Below, piece after piece: positions 61,439 to 64,000 of a DNA stretch of 64,000 bases. The DNA is from Candidatus Kapaibacterium sp. (GTDB lineage Bacteria > Bacteroidota > Ignavibacteria > Kapaibacteriales > UBA2268), in contig JAONBD010000004.1 of the NCBI GenBank assembly GCA_028376765.1, positions 793 to 64,792 of the forward strand, written 5' to 3'. Numbering within the stretch: the stretch's first letter is position 1; each line of letters opens with the position of its first letter. The notes beneath the pieces were generated by a model. The model had not been told where the DNA came from. It was given only the letters and a program-made list of their open reading frames with translations, and did not search any database. The position numbers were made by a program, and so were the translations under genes.

Positions 61439-62050
61439 ATGAAAGATATTAGCATGCTAAGTCCTTTTGTGAACCCTAAGAGCATTGAAATTCCAGATGA
61501 ATTTCATTCCTTTGAAACAAAAAAACCGTTTACAAACTGTGTAGTTTGTGAAAAGAACCTGATTGAAATTGGGATACACTATTTCGTTGAAAAATCTGTA
61601 AAAAAATATCCAAATTCTAGTGCTTTCGATATTATTTTCGAATATGCTATTTGCCTAGAATGTGCATTAGAAATGAGAGAAACTCTATCTAAAGATTCTA
61701 TGGAAAAAATTGATTCATTTTTTGATGAAAAAGTGAATCTACTTTCCAGATGGAAAAGCTTGACTAGAGATGGCAAATATGATATAAATGATTGGGTTTC
61801 AAATTGTTTAATTACTAATAAGCCAGTAAAAGACCTTAACGAATATCAAATTTATGCCCATTGCGAGTCCGATAGAATGCTTTTTTCTCTTATGCCTTAT
61901 GTTGTATCAGGTGAAGTAATAGATCACGTTTCTGGTTTATTATCACAAAAAACCAAAGATGAGCTAGATGGATTTATGGGCAAATATCTTGGGCCTCCTC
62001 CTTCTATTAGAGAAATATTAAAAGACAAAACACCTGTCTTTATTTTTTAG
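61439..62050 (+). CDS. Hypothetical cytoplasmic protein, possible Zn-binding
   Basis: CVVC and CLEC pairs. Confidence 0.7.
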   Translation: MKDISMLSPFVNPKSIEIPDEFHSFETKKPFTNCVVCEKNLIEIGIHYFVEKSVKKYPNSSAFDIIFEYAICLECALEMRETLSKDSMEKIDSFFDEKVNLLSRWKSLTRDGKYDINDWVSNCLITNKPVKDLNEYQIYAHCESDRMLFSLMPYVVSGEVIDHVSGLLSQKTKDELDGFMGKYLGPPPSIREILKDKTPVFIF

Positions 62051-62053
62051 TTC

Positions 62054-62093
62054 AAAAAAAATGGTAAAACAAAATTCTTTGCTTTACCATTTT
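62054..62093. terminator. Bidirectional terminator
   Basis: AAAATGGTAAA...TTTACCATTTT. Confidence 0.6.
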
Positions 62094-62117
62094 ATTCTAT
62101 CTGCTATTAATGTTTAA

Positions 62118-64000
62118 TTAATTCTTAATGAATTTACTCACAAAATAATCCTTATCATTAGATAGTTTTACTACATAAAAGCCTGAATGTAAACTTTTAT
62201 CAGCTAGTGAAAAACTTAGTTTTCCATTTGAAATTTGTACTTTCTCATTTACAAGTGAATTACCCGTATTATCAATAACTTCAAGAGAATACTCTCCATT
62301 AATATTATCATTTGTAAATATTGTTAGTTGATCTGATACTGGGTTAGGAGCAATATTCAACATATTAGAAAAACTTTTTTCATCAACACTCGCAAAAATA
62401 TCTATTTCTGCTTTTAAATCTACCTGAAAAGATAATCTTCTTCGGGGCTCATCAAAAAATACTGTTAATACATCAGAAAAGCTACCATCAGCATAAGGTA
62501 AAAATTCTACCTCCATAACAATTGTATCACCTGGTAAAAGTGTGACAGGTAGATTGTAATTCAATCTGAAATTTTCTGTATTTAGATTAGATCCATTAAA
62601 TTGAACTTCTTCATCTAGCAGGTTTGTTACGGAAAATGTCCTGCTAAGGGTTGTATTATCTATATTATAAGAAAAATCTAGGTTTTCTATGTTCGTTGAA
62701 AATACCTCTGGCATAAAATCAAATTTAAAAGATCTGTAGCCATAACCGTTATAATCTACAAATGCAACTAAATTAGCAAGGCTATCAAATTCAGTCACAT
62801 AACCACCAGAACCCCAACCAACAACCTTATTACCATTATCTAATGTTTGCATGTTACCCATTATCTGACCATAATTATTAAATTTATTCTCATCAAATTC
62901 ATTGAACTCTCTAATTAGAGTTGCAGTTTTTTTATCATAGTCAATAAAATATGTACAACCCCTTGAATAACCTAAGTGCGGTCCATTATCGAAAATAGTA
63001 AATGACGTTTCATCCATCATTCGTGCATCATGTTGTGTTTCAAATAAAGGATTAACATTTTCTAGATCTGAAATAATCTCATAATCAGAATGTTGAGCAT
63101 TTGCAATTCTCCAAAAATAATCGCCAGTATTTTTATTGATTTTACAAACTTCATTCAGATTTCTTTGGGAAAATACTAAACTAGTATCAGTATCAAATTC
63201 AAAAGAATTCATGTGGATTAAATCTAAGAAAGTAGTAGAATTGTCATAATTTTCTAAAAATTGTAGTGGTATTTCAGAAACATCTACATGCTCATAGCCA
63301 TTCCATTCAAATATTAGATTGTTATCTTCATCAATTTCTTGAACAATAGAACCCTGAACAACTACCTCATCATTCCCCCAGGTAGTAGAATTTGTAAGGT
63401 CCATAAATATTCTTGGATAAGACATAATACCATAATTCCCATTCTCCAAAATGGTAAAATCATGAATATCTATTGTTAAATAATAATCCTGTGATTGATT
63501 CATTTTTGTTGTGTCAATAAAGTTCATTTTAGAATCCAATAGGAAATGATCATCCCCGAACAAAGCAAAATATCCAAACTTATTACCATCAAGTAATTTA
63601 AAATCCATAGCATTAAAGAAAGTACCGTCATCAGCTATTGTTGGCTCCCAATACACAACAGTACCATAATTATCAATAATTGCTCTTGCTTGTTCAGTAT
63701 TTGGAAATTTTTGATTTGCTGGATTAAAAAACTTGCTTGGTGTAACATAATAATACCCCTTAGCTTGTTCCCCATAAGTTTCAACCTTAATATCTGGGAT
63801 TTTAAATTCTTGAGTACTAAGCAAATGACTGTAATTATTCTTATTGTAATTATCTTTTAGATCATCTGGGATTAAAGTTTGAGAATCGTTGAGAACATAT
63901 TTTGCAACCTGAAAATTAAGATTGAAGTTCCCATTAGGTAAATTTATATTGCAATTCACAGACTCATTAATTTTAAAAGATTTATCTGCTCTAATATTTA
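62118..64000 (-). CDS. Aryl-sulfate sulfotransferase-like propeller + Ig-like domain + T9SS C-terminal sorting domain (5' truncated by the window)
   Basis: DIHD, IHMNS, QHDAR and FDNG motifs; IAPNPVSD..GFYVVKL..KFIK CTD; frame open to window end. Confidence 0.8.
   Translation of the reverse strand, partial: NIRADKSFKINESVNCNINLPNGNFNLNFQVAKYVLNDSQTLIPDDLKDNYNKNNYSHLLSTQEFKIPDIKVETYGEQAKGYYYVTPSKFFNPANQKFPNTEQARAIIDNYGTVVYWEPTIADDGTFFNAMDFKLLDGNKFGYFALFGDDHFLLDSKMNFIDTTKMNQSQDYYLTIDIHDFTILENGNYGIMSYPRIFMDLTNSTTWGNDEVVVQGSIVQEIDEDNNLIFEWNGYEHVDVSEIPLQFLENYDNSTTFLDLIHMNSFEFDTDTSLVFSQRNLNEVCKINKNTGDYFWRIANAQHSDYEIISDLENVNPLFETQHDARMMDETSFTIFDNGPHLGYSRGCTYFIDYDKKTATLIREFNEFDENKFNNYGQIMGNMQTLDNGNKVVGWGSGGYVTEFDSLANLVAFVDYNGYGYRSFKFDFMPEVFSTNIENLDFSYNIDNTTLSRTFSVTNLLDEEVQFNGSNLNTENFRLNYNLPVTLLPGDTIVMEVEFLPYADGSFSDVLTVFFDEPRRRLSFQVDLKAEIDIFASVDEKSFSNMLNIAPNPVSDQLTIFTNDNINGEYSLEVIDNTGNSLVNEKVQISNGKLSFSLADKSLHSGFYVVKLSNDKDYFVSKFIKN

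Noticed and set aside
959-61776. Many short ORF-track ORFs antisense to or overlapping long genes (e.g. 959..1207, 25068..25463, 59339..59659)
   Set aside because: Shadow ORFs of well-supported genes with no recognisable motifs

Overview
An AT-rich bacterial chromosome segment from the FCB superphylum (Bacteroidota/Chlorobiota-like; Candidatus Kapabacteria or Ignavibacteria is my inference). Support: a short 286-aa RpoD lacking region 1.1, recurring TAnnTTTG promoter boxes, a T9SS-type C-terminal domain protein and Q-rule signal peptides. Most of the window is housekeeping: nuoG'-H-I, a Na+-type membrane pyrophosphatase, lipA, rpoD, ctpA, moxR/DUF58, tRNA-Leu with tig, lptD, queD, rnhB, hflX, proline dehydrogenase, fbaB, grpE-dnaJ, tRNA-Ser, ftsQAZ and a POT transporter. 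One intact IS982-family element is present (17-bp IRs, 6-bp TSD). The most unusual region is about 31.97-37.32 kb, a mosaic island next to an orphan umuC. It contains repeats, a REP-like hairpin, gene fragments and a 3-gene TerB / glycine-zipper / coiled-coil-membrane operon (candidate defence system). That operon is bracketed by 93-bp direct repeats encoding IPTL-CTERM sorting signals and by duplicated terminators. Other candidates: a secreted Cys-peptide + propeller-like + CxxC cassette; a porin + half-PBP + HAMP-PP2C sensing module; a structured leader/uORF before the pyrophosphatase; a beta-barrel-like/SppA fusion; an hpnE-like gene that needs a non-canonical start codon; and a hydrolase lacking its catalytic Ser. 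All family assignments come from motif recognition by eye; no searches were run.
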